DNA from: Paragordius varius
Taxonomy: Eukaryota; Animalia; Nematomorpha
Length of the DNA stretch: 64,000 nt
Reading direction: 5' to 3'
Assembly: GCA_964247055.1 (NCBI GenBank)
Contig: OZ176052.1
Coordinates: 11,656,001-11,720,000 of the forward strand
Of the stretch, positions 24,652 to 37,259 are shown piece after piece. Every line of letters starts with the position of its first letter. Position 1 is the stretch's first letter. The position numbers and the translations under genes were made by a program. The notes below the pieces were generated by a model that was given only the letters and a program-made list of their open reading frames with translations, was not told the DNA's origin and searched no databases.

Positions 24652-26295
24652 ATTTATAAACTACTATTAGTATAATTATTATATTACCTTAATTTCTGGA
24701 ATAAACGTGTAAGGTACCGATTTGTGGTATCAATTTGTCTTTTAATCTAAAGATTTGTGGTAAACTTGGCTTTTTGATAATAATGATGACAGTAGTAGTA
24801 GGAAAGAAAAGGTATAATCATATGATATAAATTAAAAATAAATATTTATTTAAAAATAAAAAATTTTAATTTAAAATTTATATAGATATTAAGGATATAT
24901 AATGATAAAAAATTTAAACGGATAAAAAAAATTTATTTGTATTAAAAAAATTTTTTTTATATAATCGTGAAAAAGCGGGACGTCTGGTCACCTTAGGTAT
25001 AATGTAACAAAATTCAAAGGTGCTTTTTTGTTGTGTTTACAACTTTTAAGCATTTTTATGGTAGTATCAGATCAAAATTCAAAAAAGCATATTGCTAAAT
25101 AAATTTTTTTGAGGTGAGGCTTTAAACCAATCGATTTTGCTCTAATATTTAGGTGCACAATAATTGTATTGAATTTAAATTTTGATGTGTAAGCTACGAA
25201 ATTGGCAATTTTCGAACCCGTTTAAAATGAACTATTTTTCCTAGAATGATCACGGAAGAGCCGTAAAGATTGCGCGATAAGAATTAAAATATGCTTAAAA
25301 TTCTATATTAATTATTTTTTTGAAAATTTTCCATATTATTCCATGAGGCCAAATATCTTTATTTCTAAAGCATACGCTTTAAAATTTAAAAATATGAAAG
25401 CAAAAAAAAACAAAACTATCGAATCCCAGGTTATACCATCGTCATATTTTACGTTAGAAAAATTTAATTTTTTTGCATGCTTCATAAACTTCAAAATTTG
25501 TTAAGCTGTATGCGTTTAGATGTCTTTATTAAATAATCTAGCATATGATTTTATTGCACAGTCTCGGCTTTTTACATTTTTTTAGAAAAAGCACATTTTA
25601 TCCACATATAAAAAGGAAAGACTATATCAAAAATAAAACTAATGATCTGCCTTTTATGTATATTTTTCTACATTTCTGTCTATTTTAAATAAGGCACCTA
25701 CCAAAAATAAAACAAATATCTTAAAGAATTTGTTGGCCTTAAAACCAAAACTATGACGATACTGATATATTTCTTTGAATATATTATTTATATGTTCCGT
25801 AATTTAAAAGGAGTTAAAAACACCTAAAAAAGTCCTTTTAAAAAAACGGGTACGGCATGGAAAAATTAAAATTGAAACTAATTTCATTTTCTATATCTTT
25901 TGAAAATATTTCAATTTTTAAAAAATGTAAACGGGATCTAATCGGGTCCATTTTCCGAAATTATTCTAACGGTTTCGATTTTCGGCTCCGGTTTTATATT
26001 TTATGTCTATTACGGATGGCAAAAGATAGAAATATGTATTTCCTCCTGTGTTAATTGAAGGCGTTCTATGTTTTATTCTATGGCAATAAATGTTTTATTT
26101 TGTTCAGACTTAAAATATAACTTAGTTTTTAATAGAGATTTCCCTACCATAATCCAATGAGACTTTTCTTTATAAATTGCCATTTATTTAAATTTATATA
26201 CGCTTATAATTTTGTGTGTTGCAATTTTAATTGGATAAAATGTTTATGTAAAATTTAAAAAAACCGACTTAAGTCTATAAATATTTAAACAGATT

Positions 26296-29200
26296 TCATA
26301 TCAAAAATGCATCATAACTAGACGCTGCATATACATAATTTAAATCAAGGTTTGGAACCTGACCCTTACACATGCGGAACATATCCAAATAAAATTTGGC
26401 TTGAAGTTTATTTAGCATTATATCAATTATGGAATCTCTCTGATCAAATTCATCGTGTTTTATCAAATTTATAGTTAGTGCATTATCATAAGAAATGTAT
26501 GTTTCGGAATTAGTTTTGACATCATATGGTTTTTGGCAGATATTTTTATTATAGTTTACAGTATTATGTAGTATATTTTTGTTAAATTGCAAAAGCAATT
26601 CTATAAAAATAAGAGTTGCTATTCGACTGTTCAAAGCATATAAGGGAGCTAATGTGTGACCAATTTTATTTGCGACTATCATGCCATATCCTAAAATTTG
26701 GAAACTTTTAGTGGATGCCTGCTGATTATTAGAGGCGCAAACTAATGCAATATTCGATTTGGATTGTGGAGAATAAATCATTTCTTCGACATAAAATTTT
26801 CTGGAAATACCCCCATGAATATGGGTATCATAATCTAATAAGGTAGCTAATGGGATATTTCTGGCCAAAATTATGGAAAAATTGTTTTCAACCATGTTTT
26901 CACGGATTTGGCAAAGAGAAGTGATTGATTCTTCCAATATTTGTGCAAAGTTATGTATTATATAGTAAGAAACTATTTTCATTATACTCATAATTATACT
27001 TGTAAAATGGGGACCAGACATGCCTTTTTTCACGTACACTGGGATAGTGTCTTCCAAAGTATTTAGGCATATGCTTCGCATGGCGGCTTTTGTTTCCATC
27101 GCTTTGAATAGCAGAGATCCAATCCCTTGTGCCCTGAACGCTTTTTTTACATAAAACCAACCACAAGTCGAAAATTTGTCACCCAAGATCATGCAGTAAA
27201 TGATTCCTAAAACACAAATTATAAAATATATAAACAAAAGGACAATAAATATATTTGCGTCGCTGGGACTGGACAATTTATTTGGAAATTGGTAGTATAT
27301 TTGATTTGTAATTAATTCTAAGTAATCGGAAATAACTGTGAGTATTGTTAATAATTAACTTTTCTAAAAATGCTTTTTAGCGTTGTTTTTATATGGTAGC
27401 GTGTTTAACATAGAGTCGACCCTAACTATTGGCTAATTTAAAACAATCCCTGAACCAAATTTGCTATCAAATGGAAAATATTGAAATATTTTTATAATTT
27501 TGCTTCAAAGCCACTTAATTACTTGAAAATACATATTTTTCAGAAGGTTAAATTTTTGGTTGCTTTATATTTGGAATCCCTAAAATCACTATTGATTTTA
27601 CATAATTTAATAATTTGGGTGGAATAGATTTGTTTTCGGAACTTGTTTTTTAACAAAATATGTCATTAGGGCGGAAATGTATGAAGCTAAATATAGGCCC
27701 TTATATAAAAAAGTGGACTGACTATCGGAGCATTTGTGAAAAAGTAAATATAAATATTTATGAATTGATATGCGTTTTTAGTGCTGTTTGGATATTTTTT
27801 CTTGAGAAATAGCTGGGCATAAATAATTGAAAAAATATTCAAACATAAAAGATACGACTTTTTTGCTACCATTTATATTAGATATGACATTTATTCTATA
27901 TCTTTTTAATAAGACAGCAGACACAATATGATGTTTAACACTTGGATACAACACATTCATTTCGGTCCTCCGATTTAATTTGGGATCTTTGGGGACCCCG
28001 GGTTTGTTTAAAATCAAATATTTTTAAAAATATGGAACAAATTAAAGCCATTTCATGCACTCACATAACATTGAAGCACCAAAATATAACCAAAGATTCG
28101 TTTAACACTTTGATTCGAATTGGGTTATTAAAATACCCCTGAGTATGTCAAAGTTAATATTTTTAAGAAAACTACTAAAAAAACAGTCCCATTTTAAATT
28201 TATGCTTCTATCCTAATAAAAATCATATAAATAAGCCAAAATACCTAAATAAAATTAGTTTTAAAAAATATGACAATCTCGACATTTTTATTTTACAACA
28301 TTTTTGCAAAATATCGTATTTATTTAATAAAGCTAAAATTAAAACTAATTTTTTATATAAATCACATCTAAGATTGATAGAAATAGAGAAAGCCGTCTAT
28401 TTTGTATTGTCGAATTCAGCTAATGCACAGATGTCATTGTGACTAAATTTTTACCTTTGAGTTTTATATCAAAACTAGCGTAAATCTCATGCTGCTACGC
28501 AGCCCGAGGAAGTCCTTCGGACTTCTAGGGGGGATTTATTTTAAAGGGACAATAAATTGATCTACATATGTGGATTATTTCGAAACATTACTTAATAGCT
28601 ATGATCTCATAGGAATCTTAAAACGGTGCATTCATACTAATTTATTGTTTACTTGGGGAAAAATAGATTTAAAAAATTATTTTTGTGGACTTTGTTTTTT
28701 GAAAAAAATGGCATTTTACGGGGGTAGCGGGTAAAAAGAGGGCCTAAATCAAAAAAGTGAGTCGACTATGTTCAGCGCGATCAAAAATAAGTAAACAAAA
28801 ATCATATTTGAAATTAAATGGTCCAACACGTTCTCCAAAAAATTTACTTAACCCATTTTTCACACGAGGTGGGCCCGAACTGGGGACCTAATTCCAAAAA
28901 AGGGCGAAGCTATTGTCGGGACATTCATTAATGATTATATTTTTTCGATGTTTGGATTTGAATGGGTCTACCGGTTTTCCGGAAACAGATCACAAAGTTA
29001 CATGAGAAATCAGTTTTTCGCGGGTAGCTCCTTACCCAGCAGCTATCATCAAAGAAACGCTTGGCGAAACTTTTTGCCTTTTAACAGGGAATACGTGGAA
29101 TCCATATTTTTTACGGTCTCATACCTTGATCGAAAAATAGATTTAAAAAAATATTTTTGTGGACTTTGTTTTTTGAAAAAGGTGGCATTTTACGGGGGGA

Positions 29201-30807
29201 GCGGGTAAAAAGAGGGCCTAAATCAAAAAAGTGACTCGACTATGTTTGGCGCAATCGAAAATAACTAAATAAAAATCATATTTGAAACTGAATGGTCCAA
29301 CACGTTCTCCGGAAAATTGTCTCAAAGACACGATTATTGTGGACTTATGTTTTCAAAAAAACCCTTTTTCACACGGGGTGGGCCCGAACTGGGGGCCTAT
29401 TTCAAAAAAAGGGCGAAGCTATTGTCGGGGCATTCATTAATGATTATATTTTTTTAATGTTTGGATTTAAATGGGTCTACCGGTTTTCCTGTACCAGATA
29501 AAGCCAGCATTTTCCATTTTTATAAATATATAGATAAGTAACATCAAGTATTAAATTATTTTTTTTATTTTTCGGTTAATTAATGTTATATAAGTGCAAA
29601 CTTGCCATGGTTTCATTCCTTTCATATTTTTATGGTATTTAATGTAAACAGGCTTGGGCATCTAACAACCCTAATTTGAATCGATGACGGAAATGAATGT
29701 GTTGTCCAAGTGTTAAAAAACTTGTTATTATTATTTTATGGATTAACCTCAAGGTAAAAATTTAATATGTGTGCATTAACTAAATATATAATGTAAAATA
29801 AACCACTTTTTCTGGTTATATCAATAGATGTAGTTTCAAAACCTAACTGTAATTTTAGCGCTAGAATCAAATAAATACGATATTTTGCATAAAAATTGTG
29901 TAAAATCAAAATGGGGTCGAAGTAGTTTGATATTTTTGTTAAACTAAATTTTATTTTAGCTTATTTGTATAATTAGGATAAAAGTATAATTTTAAATTGG
30001 AATCTTTTCTTTCAATAGTTTATCAACTTAATAGTTTGGGGTAATTGGAGTGCTTATTTAAAATTCAGCATTTTGATAAAATGTGATAATCAAAAGTTTA
30101 ATGTATGATATTTTTTAATTTCCACATATAGCAATCATTTATTGAATAATGATCTTTATTCTATTAATTTTTTTAGAATTTTATAAAACAAATTTTAAGA
30201 CCTTCTTGGAAAAAAACCTAAAATAACCAACTTTTTACTCAAGATATTAAACTGGAAGGATTTCACAAAGGTGGAAAGTAAATCAAGATTGGATTCCGAT
30301 TTAAAGGCTTTTATAGATTGTGCAGCGCAAATTTACCACAAATAAATAAAAAAATATATTTTAAACAGATTAACTAATTTTTCTTATAGTATCAATTATC
30401 AAAAAGAAAATACGATTGATTTTAAAATATAAATGTTTAACTATAGCCAAATTTATGGTTATAAACAAATAGACAGAGCCCTATTTTAATTATTTTGCCA
30501 AAATATAATGAATATTAATTAAAAAGGAGAAATAATTTGAACTTTTTAAAAATCATTCAAGCAAAATAAGAATTTAATTACTCATATATTAAAGATTTAC
30601 AAACTGGTTAAAATGCATTTTTATAAATTGGGTGAGTAAATAACCTGCCAAATCATTTCGTATGAATGCTCCCAAAAAGCCATCCGGACAAATTTTAAAT
30701 CGAATTTTCAATTCGTGTTCCGAAAAATCTCTGTCATCATACTCTTCAGCTATAAAATTAGTGATTGTGTTGAAATCAACGGGACGAATTTCACAGAGCG
30801 GTAACAT
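26296..30807 (-). CDS. YitH-like / holothin-acyltransferase-like GNAT acetyltransferase, about 357 aa, two exons
   Basis: Exon 1 30807-30645 (MLPLCEIRP...CPDGFLGAFIRNDLA, donor GCAG|GTTATT) joins in frame to exon 2 27206-26296 (acceptor TTTTAG|). Total 1074 nt. Acetyl-CoA motif A (GWFYVKKAFRAQGIGSLLF) and C-terminal GNAT-like motifs (LLDYD...R; ILGYG...LAPLYA). Confidence 0.8.
27930..30010. repeat. Diverged about 0.5-kb repeat in two inverted, circularly permuted copies flanking Helitron copy 2
   Basis: Blocks in 27930-28470 (e.g. TTTAACACTTGGA..CAACACATTCATTTC, TGCAAAATATCGTATT, TTTTTACCTT.GAG) recur as reverse complements in 29580-30010 in permuted order. Confidence 0.6.
28475..29534 (-). 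mobile_element. Non-autonomous Helitron, copy 2 (1060 bp, composite), in the GNAT intron
   Basis: Minus-strand 5' TC at 29534-29533, 3' CTAG at 28478-28475, inserted at A|T. Hairpins at 28491-28503 and 28509-28525. The 5' module is present twice (about 28660-28995 and 29135-29500). Confidence 0.85.
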
Positions 30808-31329
30808 AGTATATCATTTTATTAAATTGATCAGATATTTTAAAAGTGTTTTTAATTGGTTGTAAAATGCATCGGTTTTCTTACCAAGGCGTATATACAC
30901 TAAATGATAATTAATATGGATATCCATTTATTAAACACGTATTTTTATAAATATAGAGGAGATATATTTTTATCTTGTTGAAAACTTAATTACAATGACC
31001 ATTAATATTATATATCATAAAATAAAAACTTTTATCCCCTTTTGTATATGTATATGTGATTAATAAATAGTAGTATAATCCCATAAATATAAAAAGATGG
31101 TTTAGATAATTTACTACTTACATTTTGTGCCTTACCTATTTTGATTGATTTAGTTTTCATATTTAAGGCTTACGTTGCGATTAGATTAGCCGTAGAAAGT
31201 GGCTGGCAAAAACTTAAAACCGAATTCCATAACGCACTTTATACATCTCTTTATAGCTAAATGGATTCTGTTTATGGCGAAATTTATTATAATTTAAACG
31301 GGGCATTAATGTTTTTTCTGCTCATACAA

Positions 31330-31631
31330 TATACAATAAAAACTGAAATTATACGGACAAAACGTAAAAATATAAAGACAAATATTTTTTTCTATAAGAC
31401 AACTATACTTTTTGAATCTTTATTTTTTTATATATATAAGTGATGATTGTTTCAAACTGCAAATTATATAATGAATTCTGTTTCCAATAAACATCTCTAT
31501 CTCATACTTTATAGTTTGCTACAATAAGTTTTATTTAAAAAAATCACAAAAAAGTATGGTTGTCTTTTTGAAAAAATATTTGTCTTTATATTTTTACGTT
31601 TTGCCCGAATAGTTTCAGTTTTTATTGCATA
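31330..31631. mobile_element. MITE with about 85-bp terminal inverted repeats
   Basis: 31330-31415 (TATACAATAAAAACTGAAATTATACGGACAAAACGTAAAAATATAAAGACAAATATTTTT...) closely matches the reverse complement of about 31547-31631; both ends are TA. Confidence 0.7.
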
Positions 31632-33343
31632 AATTGATATTAATAGTTAAATAATTCATACCTTTATCGGACCAGGAAGTAAATGGTGGGTTTGGAAAAA
31701 AAATGGATTAAAATTGTGAAATGCAATGCCACCCTAAACACATGACTTTCTATTTCTTTAATTATCAAGTTGAAGGAAGTATTCAAATAAGTAAATGTTT
31801 AATAAAAATTAAACCGGTAAGTATCAGACCATGAAATGAATTTTTAGTAAAATTTAAAACCCTAAATGATTAAAACGTATAAGATTTCGTCTGTTACAAT
31901 ATTATTTTCTGCGTATCGATTCTATTATTTCTGAAAATGACACCTATTTTGATTTGTATAAAACATAAAAAAGATAATATTTTTAATAATTAATATTCCC
32001 TACAAATTTCAAGTCCTAGTGGCACTTTTTTTTGCCAAACAACATGTGATTATTTAATGCAAATACTAGTAAATGTAAGTTTTAGGGATACGAACAGTTA
32101 TGAGACTTAAATATTAGCTCGTTTCTAATTTCTTATAATACCGAAACAGCGGTTTCATACACTATATAAATTTATCTAGAATTTAAAGTGGTAATGATAT
32201 TTTTAATACTGTGTTTTATTATAAATTAATCTTATTAGAATATTATTCAGAGAAAAGCAGTATCAAATTTTCTTTTGGTTTTAATGTGTAAATTTATTTA
32301 CTAACATTGCATAAATTTATATGTAAATTTGTAATTTTGGCTTCTTTCAAAAATTAATAAAAAAGACTATAGCCGCGGGCTTTATATTCTCTAAAATGCA
32401 CCGCCATCAAAAAATGGTTTTTAAAATTTTTAAAAAACTTATGAGTTTATAAATTAATATGGTTTTAACTATATCCAGTGTAAAGGAAATATATTAGTTG
32501 AGCGCTTGTAAATTTTAAAAAAGCTATGAGCTCCTATAAATACGATGTTCCCGTGAACAGGTTTAATCGCTTTTTTGAACTCTTGGTTAGAACAACACCC
32601 TATATTTGCGCTATAAATTCAACGTAGCTCTGAAGCAATTTTCATATGAAATTATATATTAAATTAATATATAAGCCCCGTATCGAGGCAATAATAAGTA
32701 AGCGCTTTTGTATAAACCCTTGGGTAATGCACCCACCATATAATAAATTGACTTTAACCTTTCGGGGCTCGGTTTTAATTATTTCCTGTATTAAGACAAA
32801 ACCTTTAATTAGCATTTTTTAATAAAAATCTTACAATTTCATCTTGATACTATAGAAATGCGATATAAATACTGTAGGTTTTTAGCGAATAGAGTCACAG
32901 TTATGACTGTTTTTATATAACCTATTCCACTAGTTCGACATAACCAAGTTATTTACCAATTTTAGCCATGAAACAGTTAGGATTGTGTTTACAAATATTA
33001 AGTATTAGTCTAATAATTTATTTACCAATCAGTCACCGATATTAGCAAACAATTTACACATTGACATTTACAATCTATGATATCGTTTCATGGATAGATA
33101 TGTTCGAACAATCAAAGTCATTTTATCATACTGTAAATATATTTGTGAATTGTGGTTTTAGTTTTAATATATCGTTTTGACAAGGGTATCTTTAAAATGC
33201 TTGAGTAACAAATCTTATATTCACTGGTTAAACAGCAAATGAAAAAAAGTTTTTTTTAAAATTTAGATTGGTCAATTACGATGCATAATAAATATATTAT
33301 AATTCATTTACAATGGTCATATGGGCGATAAAATAATTAATAT

Positions 33344-34971
33344 CAGGGATGTCCACATTGAATTCGCGGGACACATTTTTGACTCAAAAACTTCGGCGAG
33401 CCTCAGAGGCGTAGTTTGCTTTTTTGGCGCTGGGGGCATGAATCCGTGATGGCGCCCCCTCCCTACAACTTCTTGCATTTCAAAGAAAAACCCAAATTCA
33501 AACCCTGAACGATAAGAAATGTGGCCCGTCCTAAACCGAAAGACAGGAAAAAACATGCACATTTAACCGAATTCCTTTGAAAACGATGGCTTGCTTAGCA
33601 AATGTATAAGAATTAAAAAAACAATGATATTAGTTTCTGCGCGAAAAATTCGTTAGTTAAAAATAGATGTTGTATTAAAGCATTATTTAAACTGCATTCA
33701 ATGCGTGGCCCGACTAAAAAATTTTTTTAGAAAATGGCCTGCGTCCGGAGAATGGCAATCATTAAGTATTATAAAACATCAAAAAAATTGTTACAAAATT
33801 AAGTGTAAATTTCAAGAAAACTGCATTCCTAGACATAAATATATCATGTTATATATAAAAGTTAGCATATTTTTTCATGAGACAGCTTGTGACCAGCTAT
33901 TCATTTGTCGTAAAAATTTATTTGTTTACGACGTAGTTTTTGAAGTATTGAGAGAAAATTATTGGACAAAAAGTGAAAATTAAGGATAATTTAAAAAATA
34001 ATGATAAATGTTGAAATATTGTTTTTTATCATTTTTGGAGATGTTTTTAATATGTAGATAGCCTAAAGTCATATAGTTAGGGTTTCTAAAAAAATCTAAG
34101 TTTAAATGATGACATACTATATTGAAATAATTTTTTATTATTTACTAAAAATTTATATAGTTAAATAAAACAAAAATAATGTTTTTTATTTTTTCATTTT
34201 TTTGGCATCTGGTTTATGAGTGTATAAAAAACTTACAATTTTAATTTGGAATTTCAAGTGAACAGGAATTATAAAGATAAATTACAACTTAAAATTTATA
34301 AGTAGTGGAAAATCAACCAAAAATCCGGTGACATTGAGCATGTAATATATATAATTTGAAAGAAAATTAACATTAAGATTGAATTTATCATTATATCTGA
34401 CACTTAGGGTCAAAAACAAATATTTGAAGGTAGGTTCCATAAATGATAATAACATGCTGAGGTAAGATAGGTATGCACTTATAGATAAAGTGGCGAGATA
34501 AATAAATAAAGAGATGAAACAAATGGAAAGGTTTAAATATTGATAATAATAAAGGAGAATTTTGAGCAAGATTGAAGGCAACACCTTTCATAAATGGGTG
34601 ATTTTTTTATGTATTATTTTAAATAACAACTTTTAAATACTTGAAATAAAATTAATTTTAAAATACGGCGCCCTTTCAACTAGGGCCTTGGTGCATCCAC
34701 CCTTCTTTTCACCAACTAGCTATGCCACCGGCGAGCCGCACTCAAAATATACATTGGCATTCATAAATAATTTATTAGATTACAAACATAAGACTTTGCA
34801 AACGCAATGTAACAATTTTTTCTAGTTCTGCCAATTAAACTTTTTAAGAAAAATTGCATGTGGAATATCAATTTGGCCAAGATTATGTGAGCATTTTTTT
34901 GCAAATTATTAATTTCCTAATTTTTCGCGGGCCGTACATCAGGTCTCGGAGAACCTCGTTGGACACCTCCG
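33344..34971. mobile_element. Charlie/Buster-type hAT MITE interrupted by a nested hAT element
   Basis: Degenerate TIRs CAGGGATGTCCAC ... TTGGACACCTCCG with subterminal CGCGGG(A/C)C motifs. The interior 34735-34935 matches the uninterrupted copy at 63062-63305 (GCCGCA..AAAATA..CAT..GGCATTC..AAATAATTTA.TAGATT). No TSD recognisable. Confidence 0.7.
33404..34730. mobile_element. Non-autonomous hAT element (Tip100-like CAGTGGCGTAGCTAG-type ends), 1327 bp
   Basis: Left end CAGAGGCGTAGTTTG, right end CTAGCTATGCCACCG, subterminal GGCGCCC at both ends, 8-bp TSD GCGAGCCT (33396-33403) / GCGAGCCG (34731-34738). Confidence 0.8.
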
Positions 34972-34985
34972 TGCTAGATCATAAC

Positions 34986-34987
<2 letters not shown>

Positions 34988-35027
<40 letters not shown>
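34988..35027. repeat. (TA)n microsatellite abutting the 3' end of Helitron copy 3
   Basis: About 40 nt of TA directly before CTAG at 35028. Confidence 0.95.
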
Positions 35028-35028
<1 letters not shown>

Positions 35029-35618
35029 TAGCGTAAATCTTGTGCTGCTACGCAGCCCGAGAAAGTCCTTCGGACTTCTGGGGGGGGAGGGCTATTGGAA
35101 AAACGGGACAATGAAATGATCCACATATGTGGATTATTTCGAAACATTATTTAATAGATATGATTTTATAGGAATTTTAAAACGGAGCATTCATACTAAT
35201 ATATTGTTTAATTGGGGGAAAAATAGATTTAAAAAATTATTTTTGTGGACTTTTTTTAAAAATGGCATTTTACGGGGGGAGCGGGTAAAAAGAGGGACTA
35301 AATCAAAAAAGCGATACGACTATGTTCGGCGCAATCGAAAGTAAGTAAACCAAAATCATATTTGAAATTGAATGATCCGACACGTTCTCCAGAAAAATGT
35401 CTCAAAGACACGTTTTTTATGGACTTCTGTTTTCAGAAAAAAACCGTTTTTCACACGGGGTGGGCCCGAACTGGGGGTTTATTTCAAAAAAGGGCGAAGC
35501 TATTGTCGGGGCATTCATTAATGATTATATTTTTTCGAAGTTTGGATTTGAATGGGTCTACCGGTTTTCCGGTACCAGATCACAAAGCCAGCATTTTCCA
35601 TTTTTATAAATATATAGA
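35028..35618 (-). mobile_element. Non-autonomous Helitron, copy 3 (591 bp, short form)
   Basis: Minus-strand 5' TC at 35618-35617, 3' CTAG at 35031-35028, both hairpins present, no TSD. Confidence 0.85.
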
Positions 35619-37259
35619 TTCAAAGAAGTTGGCCCTAAAGATAATTTAAGTAAAATTTTGTTTAAGCGCATCGTATGGTATGTTGTAAGCAATGCTGGAA
35701 TTCATACCACTAAAAATTTTCATTTCTTAAATTTATTTTTTAATATTGCTTGCCACCAATTATATTTTAAATACATTTTATGTTCAAAAACATAAAATTT
35801 AAATTATACAGTTAAATTTTTTTTAATCAAACATCTAAGCTTAGATATATCTTCATGGCGTTTAATGATATATTTTGGATAATAGCATTTTACATTAACA
35901 TTAACAGCATGCTTATGCTCCAACATTGCCAAAAATAATTGTAAGCAAGGTATTTGTTGATAGTATCCGCTTGATGTTATTTAGCACATTAGTATTTTTA
36001 GCGCACACTCTTTTAATTTTAAAAACATATACCTACATTAACAAATTTTAAAAGTGTGTAACTCTTAAAAAGTAGGGAAAATAAAAATCTAATTTTATTG
36101 CATACGCATTTAAGCTTAATTTTAAATATATTACAACGTTGTTTTTTCTTTAAGACATGAATGTATGTATAAACAAAATTATTGGAAGCAAAGCTTTTTT
36201 AATCAAAAATGTTAATTAAACATAATGGGTGCAATAATGCGATTTTTTATTTTAATAATTATATTAAGAGGATTATATCTTTCTTGGATAACTCCTAAGC
36301 CGTATATACCAAAAGCAACATGAGAATCCTGAAATAATAATATTCAATTGGATGTTTTACGAACTATTAGTTATTTGGAACTCAAAACCTTTCTGTGGTT
36401 AACAAAAAATTATAGGAACCTTTCGTAAAATTAATAATTCAGCATATCTATTCGTGTTTCATATTTTTAACATTTACTATTTTAAAAATTTACAATTATT
36501 TGGCACACAAATACTTAAGTTTATATTCAAATTCAATAACGAGTCAATGACATAACACGATAATTGGTAAACAAGCTAAATTTTTCGCAATATAGCCATA
36601 TTAATACCGATAAAGATATTATTTTAAACAACATAATATTAACTGAAGGCATGTAGAGGGGTTTTTGTGTTTATCTCAATTTACCATCCATTAGTTAATT
36701 AATAAACATTAAATTTAGCTTTGGATTTTTATTTTTAGTATTTGTTTTTTTTTAAATAAAAGAATAGACAAAGGTTTAATCATTGTACCTTTCCACATAA
36801 TAATAAATAGAATCCACCATAGCCAAAACTGTAAGTATTTCTAGCGTTATTTTTAGGGAGGAAAATAAAGCTTACACCATTTTTAACCATAAATGAGCCA
36901 ACAGAACTAATTTTAAAGTCAATCGATATCATCATGTCTAATTTTTTATTTTTAATACATATAAATGATTAAAATGTACATATATTCAATAAATAAATAG
37001 ATAACTATTTACAGGTATTCAAGATATTTGGAGGATTAATAAATAATATAATTATTATATATGTGTGTCTATATGATAATGTCAAATCACGGTCATCAAG
37101 AGTGCTTATGCGCAAACAAAACATATTTCAGGAGAATAATCAGATATTGATTCTTGAAAACAGTGGTATTATGCGTAAATATTTTTAAACCTGGACTACA
37201 ATTTACACGGCGCGTTATTTATGTGGTTTTCTATAAGCTAAATTTGTATAATTATTGTG

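Larger units (their letters stand above)
21875..24995 (-). mobile_element. hAT DNA transposon (Blackjack-like TIRs), 3121 bp, decayed
   Basis: Perfect 13-bp TIRs TAAGGTGACCAGA (21875-21887 and 24983-24995); subterminal AAAAGCGGGAC motifs at both ends; 8-bp TSD GGTATATT (21867-21874) / GGTATAAT (24996-25003), 7/8 identical. Confidence 0.92.

Noticed and set aside
32480-32790. GC-richer patch with a roughly 40-codon open frame (ALVNFKKAM...AINST)
   Set aside because: No convincing splice pair, homology, RNA-gene structure or repeat ends; left unannotated.
28948-35649. Similar short ORFs at 3730-3936, 28948-29208, 29292-29501 and 35362-35649 resembling a small gene family
   Set aside because: All lie in the Helitron 5' module, use different frames and are broken by indels between copies; no Rep or helicase motifs.
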